From assembly GCA_934149075.1 (NCBI GenBank), contig CAKPDR010000009.1:1565-65564 (forward strand): a stretch of DNA of 64,000 bases, read 5' to 3'. The notes beneath the pieces are model-generated. The model had not been told where the DNA came from and searched no databases. It was given only the letters and a program-made list of their open reading frames with translations. Shown here piece after piece: positions 36,836 to 46,048 of this stretch. The translations under genes and the position numbers were made by a program. Within the stretch, counting starts at the first letter, position 1. Each line of letters begins with the position of its first letter. The DNA is from an uncultured Clostridia bacterium (GTDB lineage Bacteria > Bacillota > Clostridia > TANB77 > CAG-508).

Positions 36836-37939
36836 TTATTCAATCACAATTTTAGCATCTGTTGGACAAATATTTATAAAAGTATTTCCGTCATTAACTT
36901 CTATCTCATTGCCTTCTAAATCTTTATAAATAGTTTGATTTTTTCTATCTAACTTAATACATTTTATTTTTATTGCTTGTCCATTAGTAATATAATACCC
37001 GTCAAAAGTTCCTATATTTTTTAGACCTTGTCTGCCTTTATTCTCACTATCAGTTAATGTGTAATTATCACACATTGTTATAATTATGTTTTTAGTTGTA
37101 ACAGGTTCTCCTGTAATATAATCTGTTTGAAGTTTATTTCTTGCATATCTTTTATATGTTTTAGAATTTTCGTCATATTCATATTTTACAGTCTGAAGAT
37201 TTGAATGTGGAATTGTTATATTAGTAGCTTGTATACTACTTTGCTTAGTAGTATTTGATGTTTCTGATGTTGAATCAGTTATTCTTTTATATTTTTTATC
37301 TAATTCAATTTCATCTGCAACATAATTTAATACACTTTTTTGTTTTGATGTTGTAGTATAATTTTTTCTTTGGGCAATTTTTAATATACTTTCTGTTGAT
37401 GTAAATAAATTGTGTGGTGCTGATTTGTCTTTTACTCTCCAAAAGTCTGAGGAACTTTCTTGTATTCCATTTATATTATTTATTCCAAAACTTGAAATGT
37501 CACTTTGCGCTTGTGGGCTCCAGCCATGATGTACATATATTGCATCATTTTCTAAAGCATAGTCCAGAAAATAGTGTCTTGAACTTCTTACTGGGCCTAT
37601 CTTTTCTAGATTTTGCCCTTTAAATACTGCCATTAGTCTAGTTTCTCCACCTTCTACTACTATTTCATATACAATATATGCTTTATTTAAATTTGCCTGT
37701 GGCCAGGCTCCTGAATGATTATCAATCATTACTGCTATCGACCTATCATTTCCACTAAATATTTTTATTTGTTTTGGATTTACAATCAATGTATCATTAT
37801 TCTCTTCTTTATTGTCTTCTGTACTGCTTACCTGTTCAACATGTTCCCTTGTTATAATTTTGTATATAAGAAGTCCTCCTGCTATTATTACTAATACTGC
37901 TAAAATAGCCAATAAAATCATAGTCTTTTTATTTTTCAT
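36836..37939 (-). CDS. DUF3048 domain-containing membrane-anchored protein (YerB-like)
   Basis: TM anchor, then AVMIDNHSGAWPQANLNKAYIVYEIVVEGGETRLMAVF...GPVRSSRHYF. Confidence 0.75.
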   Translation of the reverse strand: MKNKKTMILLAILAVLVIIAGGLLIYKIITREHVEQVSSTEDNKEENNDTLIVNPKQIKIFSGNDRSIAVMIDNHSGAWPQANLNKAYIVYEIVVEGGETRLMAVFKGQNLEKIGPVRSSRHYFLDYALENDAIYVHHGWSPQAQSDISSFGINNINGIQESSSDFWRVKDKSAPHNLFTSTESILKIAQRKNYTTTSKQKSVLNYVADEIELDKKYKRITDSTSETSNTTKQSSIQATNITIPHSNLQTVKYEYDENSKTYKRYARNKLQTDYITGEPVTTKNIIITMCDNYTLTDSENKGRQGLKNIGTFDGYYITNGQAIKIKCIKLDRKNQTIYKDLEGNEIEVNDGNTFINICPTDAKIVIE

Positions 37940-37975
37940 TCGAAACTCCATTCCTTCCTATATTAGAGAAGTTTA

Positions 37976-38458
37976 TTATCCAAGTTCATCTCGCGTTATC
38001 CCTAATTTATTTAATACTATTTCTTCTTTTTTTCTCATAATAACTTTATCATCATCTTCTATGTGGTCATATCCCATTAAGTGATAAAATCCATGTACTA
38101 ACATATACGCAAATTCTCTTTCAAAACTATGTCCATATTCTTTAGCTTGTTCTTCTACTTTTTCTATTGAAATTACTATATCTCCTAATACATCTTCATG
38201 TTCAAAATCATTATTTTTTATTTTTTCATCTATTTCTTTTTTTTCGAACATAGGAAATGATAGAACATCTGTTGCCCTATCTACATTCCTATATTGTTTA
38301 TTTATTTCATGAATATGTTCAGGATTTGTTAATGTTATACTTATATATAATTTTGATTTTTCAATTTTTTCTTCTTTAAAACATTGTTCTATTACTCTTT
38401 TAATTATTTCTTTATATTTATCATTTGATTCTAAATCTAAATATTCTAATTGGTACAT
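37976..38458 (-). CDS. ybeY: rRNA maturation RNase YbeY
   Basis: Metal-binding motif HGFYHLMGYDH. Confidence 0.9.
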   Translation of the reverse strand: MYQLEYLDLESNDKYKEIIKRVIEQCFKEEKIEKSKLYISITLTNPEHIHEINKQYRNVDRATDVLSFPMFEKKEIDEKIKNNDFEHEDVLGDIVISIEKVEEQAKEYGHSFEREFAYMLVHGFYHLMGYDHIEDDDKVIMRKKEEIVLNKLGITRDELG

Positions 38459-38487
38459 CTTCCCTCACATCTTTCAATTATTGTTAT

Positions 38488-39708
38488 TTATGCGCTTGCA
38501 TATTCTTGCATTCTTGTGCTAATTTTCTTTTTTATGTATTTTCCTTTTTTTGTTTGACAATCTCTTATTTCTTTCATCACTCCGTAATCTACTAATTTTC
38601 TTTTGTAATATTTTATCAACCTTGTATAGTCTATTTTTTCATTTTGAATATTTTTAATATCTTCTTTCATGAATAATATTTCTTTTTGTTTTACGTATTC
38701 AATAAAATCTATCTCTTTTAGTTTTTCGATATCTTTGTATTTTTCATAAAATGCTTTAAATTTTTCTCTTTCTTTTGCATTTTCCCAATATACCTTTGTT
38801 GCTAATAATCTTATACTATAATCTTCTATTAAATTTAACAACATTGTATATGCTTTTTCCCTTTTAGCTGCTATTTTTGTATCTTGAATTAAACATCTTG
38901 CATCTTTTAATAGTTTCATATAGCATTGTTCTGCAACTACTAATGGTAAACTATGTGTAAATAAGTTTCTACTTATTCCTAATAATATCATATTTTTTTC
39001 AATGTTATCTCTAGCATCTAATTTTCCTACTGTAAATTTTTCATATTTTTCGTATTCTTTTACTACTTTTTCTAATTTTGGATCATTTATTTTTAACGGC
39101 AATATGTTTTTTATGTAATCTTCTAGTGTATCAAATATCTTCATATATATCCAGTCCTTTGCTGAATCATATACATTTGTTGTGTCAGCTAATTTTACTG
39201 AATAATTTTTTAATATTCCTTTATATAACGAATCTTGTTTTGATATATAAAATTCTTGGTATTTATCAATTGTCTTTTGCTTTCCTGAATTTATTACTGT
39301 TTCTTTGTCTAATTCTAGTAAGTATTTTTGTTTCCTATATTTATATTCTGTGTATTCACTTTGTTTTAATTGCACTATTCCATAATATTGTGATAATGCC
39401 ATACTTTCCAATTGTGTTGCTGTTTGATTTTTTACTTTTTTGTATATTGTATCTAATACATATTTATCTAATGCTTCTAAATATGCTGTATAAGCATCTT
39501 CATATTTTTTTTCTGCTATTTCTTTTTTGCTTACATCAACATCTTCTTTTGAATTTTCATACGCCTTAATTAATGCATTTCTTTTCATGCTAATTCTCAT
39601 TCCATTTATGCCTATTTGTGTTGGTATTAATAATTTTGTTAATGTATTTGTTAATTTATTAAAAAAGGTTTTGTCTGTTCCTACTACTCTTAAACTTCTC
39701 TCTTCCAT
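38488..39708 (-). CDS. hypothetical protein (about 406 aa)
   Basis: Long Lys/Glu/Tyr-rich ORF. I recognise no family. Start moved to the ATG at 39708 (RBS GGAAAGGATGG), because the restored yqfD frame would overlap the upstream ATG. Confidence 0.6.
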   Translation of the reverse strand: MEERSLRVVGTDKTFFNKLTNTLTKLLIPTQIGINGMRISMKRNALIKAYENSKEDVDVSKKEIAEKKYEDAYTAYLEALDKYVLDTIYKKVKNQTATQLESMALSQYYGIVQLKQSEYTEYKYRKQKYLLELDKETVINSGKQKTIDKYQEFYISKQDSLYKGILKNYSVKLADTTNVYDSAKDWIYMKIFDTLEDYIKNILPLKINDPKLEKVVKEYEKYEKFTVGKLDARDNIEKNMILLGISRNLFTHSLPLVVAEQCYMKLLKDARCLIQDTKIAAKREKAYTMLLNLIEDYSIRLLATKVYWENAKEREKFKAFYEKYKDIEKLKEIDFIEYVKQKEILFMKEDIKNIQNEKIDYTRLIKYYKRKLVDYGVMKEIRDCQTKKGKYIKKKISTRMQEYASA

Positions 39709-39745
39709 TTTTCCATCCTTTCCAAGTTCTTGGTAGGCAGGTATA

Positions 39746-40958
39746 TTATTGTGTTTCATCTGTCTGTTCATTTATTTTATTTATCTTTTCCTGCATTCCT
39801 ATATTTTCAATAACTTCATATGTTACACTTACTTCTATGTATTCTTCTGTTTCTATTACATTTGCATTTTTTCCGAAGTATATTTTGCTTTTCTTCAATT
39901 TCCGCTTCTATTTGTTTTTCTAATTGTTTTGTTCCTTTTTCTGTCGCTTCTTCTATAGTGTATTGTTTTATATTGTTTTCCAATTCCTTATTAGTTATTT
40001 TAGTTACAGAAATTGGTAAATATAAGTTTGAAAATATCTTAAACTTTTTTTCTTCTTCTATTGTATCATAAATTTTGAATTTTGAAAGAGTTTTGTAAAA
40101 ATTTATCTGAAATTTATTAAAATTTATTTTATATTTCGTTTCTTTATTTCCAGTTTCGACATTTCGTTCTTCCTTCAATGGAATTTGAACTGTTTTTATA
40201 TATTTTACAATTGCTTTTACTTTTCCTAAACTATGTACATATCTTATTCCTGTATATTTTCCCTCCATTGTTCCTTGAATAAGAATCTGACCTGCTTCTA
40301 CTTTATCTCCAACTTTGACTTGTGCCGTTCCATTTTGTGCAATAATTTGTGTTATTGTTCCTGCTTTTTTTGCAACAATATTGGTAAATTCTTTTTCATC
40401 AATTATTTCAGGTGCTTCTTTTGCTTTTACTACTTTTACTATTGCATTAGTTCCATTTAGATTAATTCCAATCCAAGAAATATCATTTCTTTTTAACCTT
40501 ATTTTATTTACTATTTCTTCAACATTTACTTTGCTTTTTTTCATTCCAGTTTTTAATCCTACTTCTTGTATGTCATTTTCTATATTTTCCAATTTTAAAT
40601 TATCTTCTACCTGAACTTCTATATTCCAAACATAATTTGAACTTACATATAATGCAACTAAAATTATTATTAATGATATTAAAAACACTTTTCTTTTTCT
40701 ATATTTATTTATAATAAACGGTATCCCTCTTTTTTTCTTTATTTTTACTTTGCACTTTAATTTTTTTGCAACTTCAATAGCTCTATAAAAATCTTGTATA
40801 CCAATATTTAAATGTAACTTAACCCCTTTTTCTCTTTTCAAATTCCATATTAATATTTTGTTTGTTGTACATATATTTATAAATCTTTCTATATAGTATC
40901 CCTCTACAGTTATTCTTACATAGCCTAATATGTATTTTAATAAAATTTTAATTGCCAT
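39746..40958 (-). pseudogene. yqfD: sporulation protein YqfD, C-terminal frameshift at an A6 run
   Basis: N-terminus MAIKILLKYILGYVRITVEGYYIERFIN... is typical of YqfD. The as-sequenced ORF (39816-40958) ends KKCKCNRNRRIHRSKCNI*. Removing one base from the run at 39867-39872 gives RKNANVIETEEYIEVSVTYEVIENIG..., a typical YqfD C-terminus ending at 39746. Confidence 0.8.
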
Positions 40959-40979
40959 AATTCCTCCTTAATATGTAAA

Positions 40980-41249
40980 TCAGTCCTCTGTTCTTTCTAG
41001 TTCAACACTTTCAATTTTACCTGTTATTTTTATATCATCATTTGTCATTTTTTCTAAATTGATATTGTATCCATTAATATTTACAACTCCAATATATGTA
41101 CTTATGCTCGCAAAAAATTCTTCATATTCTAATATTCCCTTGTAATTCTCTAATATTATTTCATTAAAACCTGTAATTGTTATTTTGGGTGTATTCGAAT
41201 AAACTTCTTCTGGTATTTCTAAAATTTTATCTAATCTTTTCTTTTTCAT
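40980..41249 (-). CDS. yqfC: sporulation protein YqfC
   Basis: 89 aa; LEIPEEVYSNTPKITITGFNEIILENYKGILEY is typical of YqfC, and it lies upstream of yqfD. Confidence 0.85.
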   Translation of the reverse strand: MKKKRLDKILEIPEEVYSNTPKITITGFNEIILENYKGILEYEEFFASISTYIGVVNINGYNINLEKMTNDDIKITGKIESVELERTED

Positions 41250-41266
41250 ATTCGCTCCTCATCTCA

Positions 41267-41664
41267 TTATTTAAATTCATCTAAAAGTTTAAATTCATAT
41301 CCTTGTTCTTTTGCCTCTTTTATAATGCTATCTAAAACTTCTGAATTTGTTTTTGAATTAGGATGTAATAACATTATTTCTCCACAGTGTAAATTATTAA
41401 TAATCATTTTTCTACTTTCTTCTAGAGATGGCTGCTTTTTTTCATCCCAATCAAAATATGCAAAACTCCACATTACTGTTTTATATCCTAATTCTGATGT
41501 TTTCTTTAAAGTTCTTTCATTAAATTCACCTTTTGGTGGACGCATAAATTTCATCTCATAATTAAATTTTCCCATTACTGCTTGATGAAGTTTCATTATT
41601 TCTTTTTCTATTTCCTCATTTGATATACTTGGCATACTTTTATGGTTTACAGTATGATTTCCTA
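41267..41664 (-). CDS. pdaA: delta-lactam-biosynthetic de-N-acetylase PdaA, 3' segment of an interrupted gene
   Basis: In-frame reading upstream of the ORF-track Met gives GNHTVNHKSMPSISNEEI...RPPKGEFNERTL...MLLHPNS...QGYEFKLLDEF, collinear with the C-terminal half of PdaA. Confidence 0.85.
41652..41664. repeat. left copy of the 13-bp direct repeat GTATGATTTCCTA (putative att core)
   Basis: Identical 13-mer at 46036-46048. It encodes part of GNHT in the pdaA frame. Confidence 0.8.
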
Positions 41665-41713
41665 GTTTCTTAATGCCAAAAAAATAATTATTTCAAAGTA
41701 CTGTTTAATTTTC

Positions 41714-43338
41714 TTATTTATAATCTACGATTGGATTCTCGAAAGTTAATTTAATTTTGATATTTTTTTCTTTATCAAATTCTATTTTTTCAATTAATTG
41801 TTCTAAAATAACTTTATTAGTATTTTCTAATTTTAAAAAATCGTCTGCTATCTTTTTTATTTCCCTATAATTTGCTTTTATACCTTGTTCATCGTTTTGA
41901 TTTAAACTTTCTTGTATTATTTTTATCTCCTTTAAAATTTTATCCCTTTGCTTTTGTTTCTTTTCGTAAATTATTTTAAAATCCTCCACTTGTATGATTT
42001 TACTTATTTTGTCTTGATAAATTTCTTCAATATTTTTTTCCACCTCTTTAAGCTGTTCCTTCAAATTCTTTAAGTTCTCTTTTAGCAAATTTTCTTTGGA
42101 TTTTGCCTGTTCTCTTGCATATTCATAACTTTGTTTTATTTCTTCTTCAGATAAATTTATCTTCTTTAATTCGTTCTTTACCTGTTTCTTTACTACTTCC
42201 TCTATCAAGCTCGCTGATATTTGCTTGCAGTCACAAAGTCCACTATAATTATTTCTTTTTGAGCAAATAAAATATGTACCTCTCCAAACACTTCCATTTT
42301 TCCTCTTTTCCTCTCTACATCTTAAAGTTGCCTTATTACCACACTCTCCACAATGCACTAATCCTTTTAGCACATGTTCATATTTCCTCTCACGCACTTT
42401 TGTATAATTATTTAGTTTTTCCTGTGCCTTATTCCAGATTTCAGTATCTATAATAGATTCATGCATATTTTCTATTACAATATGTTCTTCTTTTTTTGTA
42501 CACCTTGACTTTGCAATTTTATGGCTTATTTTTTGAAATTTTCTGCCTACTACACTTCCGAAGATATACTTCATTTCTTAAAATTTTTCCAATTTGTGCC
42601 CTAAGCCACACATATTTTCCGACTTGGATTTACACTTCTTTTCTTCATGTATGTTGGAATTTTCAAATAAATTGCTGGTGGTAAAATTTCTCTTCTATTT
42701 AGTTCATCTGCAATTTTTATTGTTGACATCCCTTTGTTAACATACATATCAAATATCTCTTTTACAATTTGTGAACTGTATTTATCTGGCACCAAATGAT
42801 TTTTAATTTCCGTATCTTTTTTATATCCATAAGGTGGAATCCCTGCTTGATATTCACCTTTTTCTATTTTCCTTTGTTTAACACTTTTTATTTTGTTAGA
42901 AATATCCTGTGCATAGTAATCATTAAAACTTAGCTTAAAGGTTAAAAACTGTAATCCATCTGATTTTAATGTATCTACATTATCTCCAATTGCAATATAC
43001 CTAATATTATTAGTTGGTAAATACCTTTCTAAATAATATCCTGTATCTATATGGTCCCTTCCAAATCTTGATAAATCTTTTGTTATTATACAGTCTATTT
43101 TTCCATCTTCTATATCTTTTAACATTTTTTGAAAACCTGGTCTATTAAAATTTGTTCCAGTAAAACCGTCATCAACATATTCTCCTGTATCTACTAGCTC
43201 TTCGTGACCCAAAATGTAATTATCAATAATATCTCTTTGATTTTCAACGCTTTCACTCTCTCTATCATCTCCGTCATCACGAGAAAGTCTTATATACTTT
43301 GCTGTTCTAATTCTTCTATATTCATTTACTTTACTCAT
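41714..43338 (-). pseudogene. large serine recombinase with two +1 frameshifts
   Basis: ORF 42601-43338 is the catalytic domain (YIRLSRDDGDD..., TKDLSRFGRD). ORF 41714-42574 holds the recombinase domain, a zinc ribbon (CGECG...C..C) and a coiled coil. A third frame between them encodes WLRAQIGKILRNEVYL. The shifts are at 42615-42618 and 42558-42563. Confidence 0.85.
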
Positions 43339-43431
43339 AATTCACTCTCCTTTCTTGAGAGTAACTATTTTATTTATAGTATAATTTCATCTTAATGTAT
43401 TGCTACAAATATGTCAGCTCTAAATATACAT

Positions 43432-43551
43432 TTATCTTTCTTCTAAACTTATATAATTTATATATTCATTTTTCAATAAGTTCAAAATTATTTGTTTTAA
43501 ACTTTCCTTGCCATATTCAATACTAACATTCAAAATTTCTTTATTTTTCAT
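43432..43551 (-). CDS. small ORF (39 aa) immediately upstream of recombinase 2
   Basis: GAGGTGA RBS. Product MKNKEILNVSIEYGKESLKQIILNLLKNEYINYISLEER. It occupies the same position as 29991-30137 and shares the pattern V-x-[FI]-x-Y...I-[IL]-N-[VL]-L-K. Confidence 0.4.
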   Translation of the reverse strand: MKNKEILNVSIEYGKESLKQIILNLLKNEYINYISLEER

Positions 43552-43733
43552 AACTCACCTCTATCAATTGTTTTTCTTTATATAATCTTATGAATTTAAA
43601 AAAAATTTATTACTTTTGTATTTTTGCGTCAAGAAAAGTAACTTTGTCACCTTTTCTTCGCCCGTTTTGAGTTTTCGACTATATGGAGAAACTCTCAAAT
43701 GGCCTAGTGATTGTAGCTTTTTATTTAATATAA

Positions 43734-45113
43734 ATCGAGTAGGAGAAATACCATTAGTTGATATTTCGTCCTCTCACACCACCACAGCATGCCGTTCGGC
43801 ACTGGGCGGTTCAATAGAATTAATACTTTAACAGTATACACTAGAAAGACTTATATAACCTTGTCTTTCTAGTATTTTATTATTTAACACTTTATTGATT
43901 ATTTGATTATCAGAAAGTCTCCAATATCCTTTCCTTGTATTTGCACAAGTCCATGCCGTTTCATCTTTTATTCCTAGCCTTTTAAGGTTTTCATATCTTG
44001 CTTTTATTTTCTTCCATTGCTTCCAATAGCACATTCTTATTCTTCTACGTATCCATTTATCTAGATTTTGTGCTATTTTTCCCATATTGGCTATTTTAAA
44101 ATAATTTACCCACCCTACAATAACTTGTTTTAATTTATTATATCTACTTTCCATACTCATTGCGTTACTTCTTGATGTTATAATTCTTATTTTATCTTTA
44201 AATTTAGCTATTGATTTTGGGTGTACCCTTATTTCAATTTTATCTTTTTTTGGTAAAATGAAAAACCTAGATATTTTATTCGCCATGGCCTATCTACTTT
44301 GCTTTTATCTTTATTGACTTTCAATCTTAATTTTGTTTCGATAAATTTTGTAATATTTTCCATTACTCTTTCTGCTGATTTCTTTGACTTTGTAAATATC
44401 ACACAGTCGTCCGCATAGCGTACGAACTGTAAGCCACGTTTTTCTAGTTTTTTGTCTAACTCATTGAGCATTATGTTACTCAATATTGGTGAGATGTTTC
44501 CGTCCTTGTGGTGTTCCTTTTTCTGTCTTTTCAAGTAATTCATTAGTTACTGTTTTAGTATCGATTTCTTTAAATGGAGACACATCAAGAATACTAGGAA
44601 CTTTTGCAATACTTTCTGTTTCCAACTTATTATCTTGCAAATAGTCTTCTATATGAAGTTGTCTACCATTATTATATTCCTGATTACCTTTCATAAAAAA
44701 AAATCCTCCTATCGTTCAGTCCTTCGCAAATTGTATATATCCAATTTGTTATTATGACCTCTGCTGACTTCTGATACTTCATTCTAATATCACTATTAGC
44801 ATTTTCATATCTATTACAAGATATTTCCAAAATATCAGACCTCCCCAGATAAGAACAACAACCTTCCTCTCATATATCTGCCACATTTACTGTATGAGCT
44901 TTGGATAGTTATTCGGGCTTTGCTTTGTTCAGCAAGCTCGCCCAACTCAATTCAGCCTTGTATGTGATTTCTGTTCGTCAGACCGAGATTTTGCTATTGA
45001 CTTCTTTCAGATTCCACCTCACAATGGACACCCTTGTCATTCGCTAACAGTTCGCAACTATCAGGCACTGTATGGAACTTTCACCCACAAGTTGTTGCCC
45101 ATGCTGGGCATAC
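43734..45113 (-). mobile_element. group IIC intron, degenerate (internally deleted reverse transcriptase)
   Basis: The 5' end is GTATGCCCAGCATGGGCA..., followed by ...AAGGGTGTCC...GGAATCTGAAAGAAGTC...TCGGTCTGA...GGGGAGGTCTGA...AGAAGTCAGCAGAGGTCAT. Domain V is GAACCGCCCAGTGCCGAACGGCATGCTGTGGTGG. From memory this closely follows the Oceanobacillus-type IIC consensus. The 3' boundary is approximate. Confidence 0.8.
43828..44694 (-). pseudogene. group II intron reverse transcriptase/maturase remnants (three ORF fragments)
   Basis: ORFs 44476-44694, 44229-44543 and 43828-44286. RT5-7 (TPQG..ISPILSNIMLNELD...FVRYADDCVIF) and the X/maturase domain are present. RT1-4 are largely missing and the frame is broken twice. 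Confidence 0.8.
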
Positions 45114-45117
45114 TGGA

Positions 45118-45147
45118 AATAGAGTTCTCTAAATTAGAGAACTCTAT
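45118..45147 (-). terminator. terminator-like hairpin of the cargo gene; insertion site of the IIC intron
   Basis: 13-bp stem aatagagttctct / agagaactctatt. On the minus strand the stem is followed by TCCA and then the intron 5' end GTATG. Confidence 0.6.
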
Positions 45148-45181
45148 TCGTTCAGTTAAATTATGAGTAACCAGTGGCTAC

Positions 45182-45886
45182 TTAAACTACATACCATCCT
45201 ACGCAATTGCAGTATGCGTCTTCATAAAGGCATGCAAAAAATGTAATTGTTGCAAGTGGACTTTTACAACCCAAATCTTTGCAGCAACCACTAGCAATCC
45301 AAAAATGCTCATTGTTGTCATCATCAGCCAAAATTTTACATGTATTTGCTAAATCGCATTTTCCAGCAATTTTTCTAGAACCAGTTTGCTCAAAGCCTTC
45401 TGTTATTTTATCTTTTGAATCACAGTAGTGTCCTAATTCTTTAGAATCTTTACATACTGCATAAAAGGCTTTTTCCTCAGACCATCCTTCTTTCTTCAAA
45501 CGATAAATAATTGTTGCTAAGAACAGTATATATTGGCTCTTAGTTCCCAACCGCAAACAATTTTTAGCTGCAAGACTATGTTGTCCGTAATAATAAATTC
45601 CAGTTGCTGGTTTGCAACCTGGTATAAACTGAATGAATCCAAATTTACTAATAGATGGATCACAAACTGGAACTCTGAAAGACTTTACTCCAGTTTTAAT
45701 TACATCTTTTAGGCTTCTTAAAAATCTCATTTCTTCATTATTATTAGGCTCATGTTTCAGTAATTCAGAATAGATCTCGCTGGAAGAACTTTCAACAAGA
45801 ATAGTTTCAAATTCTACTACTTTTTCGTTTCCTGGATATCCATGAATTACTGCCTGAATATCGTTACTAGCCGTTGCCTTGCTCAT
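45182..45886 (-). CDS. Cys-rich hypothetical protein (234 aa), the only intact cargo of element 2
   Basis: GGAGG RBS. I recognise no family. The C-terminal half has many Cys (CDLANTC, GCCKDLGC, ACLYEDAYCNC). It looks more G+C-rich than the host genes. Confidence 0.6.
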   Translation of the reverse strand: MSKATASNDIQAVIHGYPGNEKVVEFETILVESSSSEIYSELLKHEPNNNEEMRFLRSLKDVIKTGVKSFRVPVCDPSISKFGFIQFIPGCKPATGIYYYGQHSLAAKNCLRLGTKSQYILFLATIIYRLKKEGWSEEKAFYAVCKDSKELGHYCDSKDKITEGFEQTGSRKIAGKCDLANTCKILADDDNNEHFWIASGCCKDLGCKSPLATITFFACLYEDAYCNCVGWYVV

Positions 45887-46035
45887 AATGCTACCTCCTT
45901 TTACTGAACATATAAAATGTATTTTTACAACCGCTTATTATTATAACATTTTATGTTAAATTGTGCAAGTGGAAAATTATATATTTCATGTCTTTATCCT
46001 GTATATATTTAACTCTGGACATTAAATATTTAGAT

Positions 46036-46048
46036 GTATGATTTCCTA
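46036..46048. repeat. right copy of the 13-bp direct repeat GTATGATTTCCTA
   Basis: Identical to 41652-41664. Confidence 0.8.

Larger units (their letters stand above)
41665..46035 (-). mobile_element. intervening element 2 inside pdaA (4384 bp repeat-to-repeat)
   Basis: Bounded by 13-bp direct repeats. The LSR gene ends 49 bp from the left repeat. All its genes are co-directional with pdaA. 422 + 385 nt of flanking coding sequence = 807 = 3 x 269. Confidence 0.8.
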
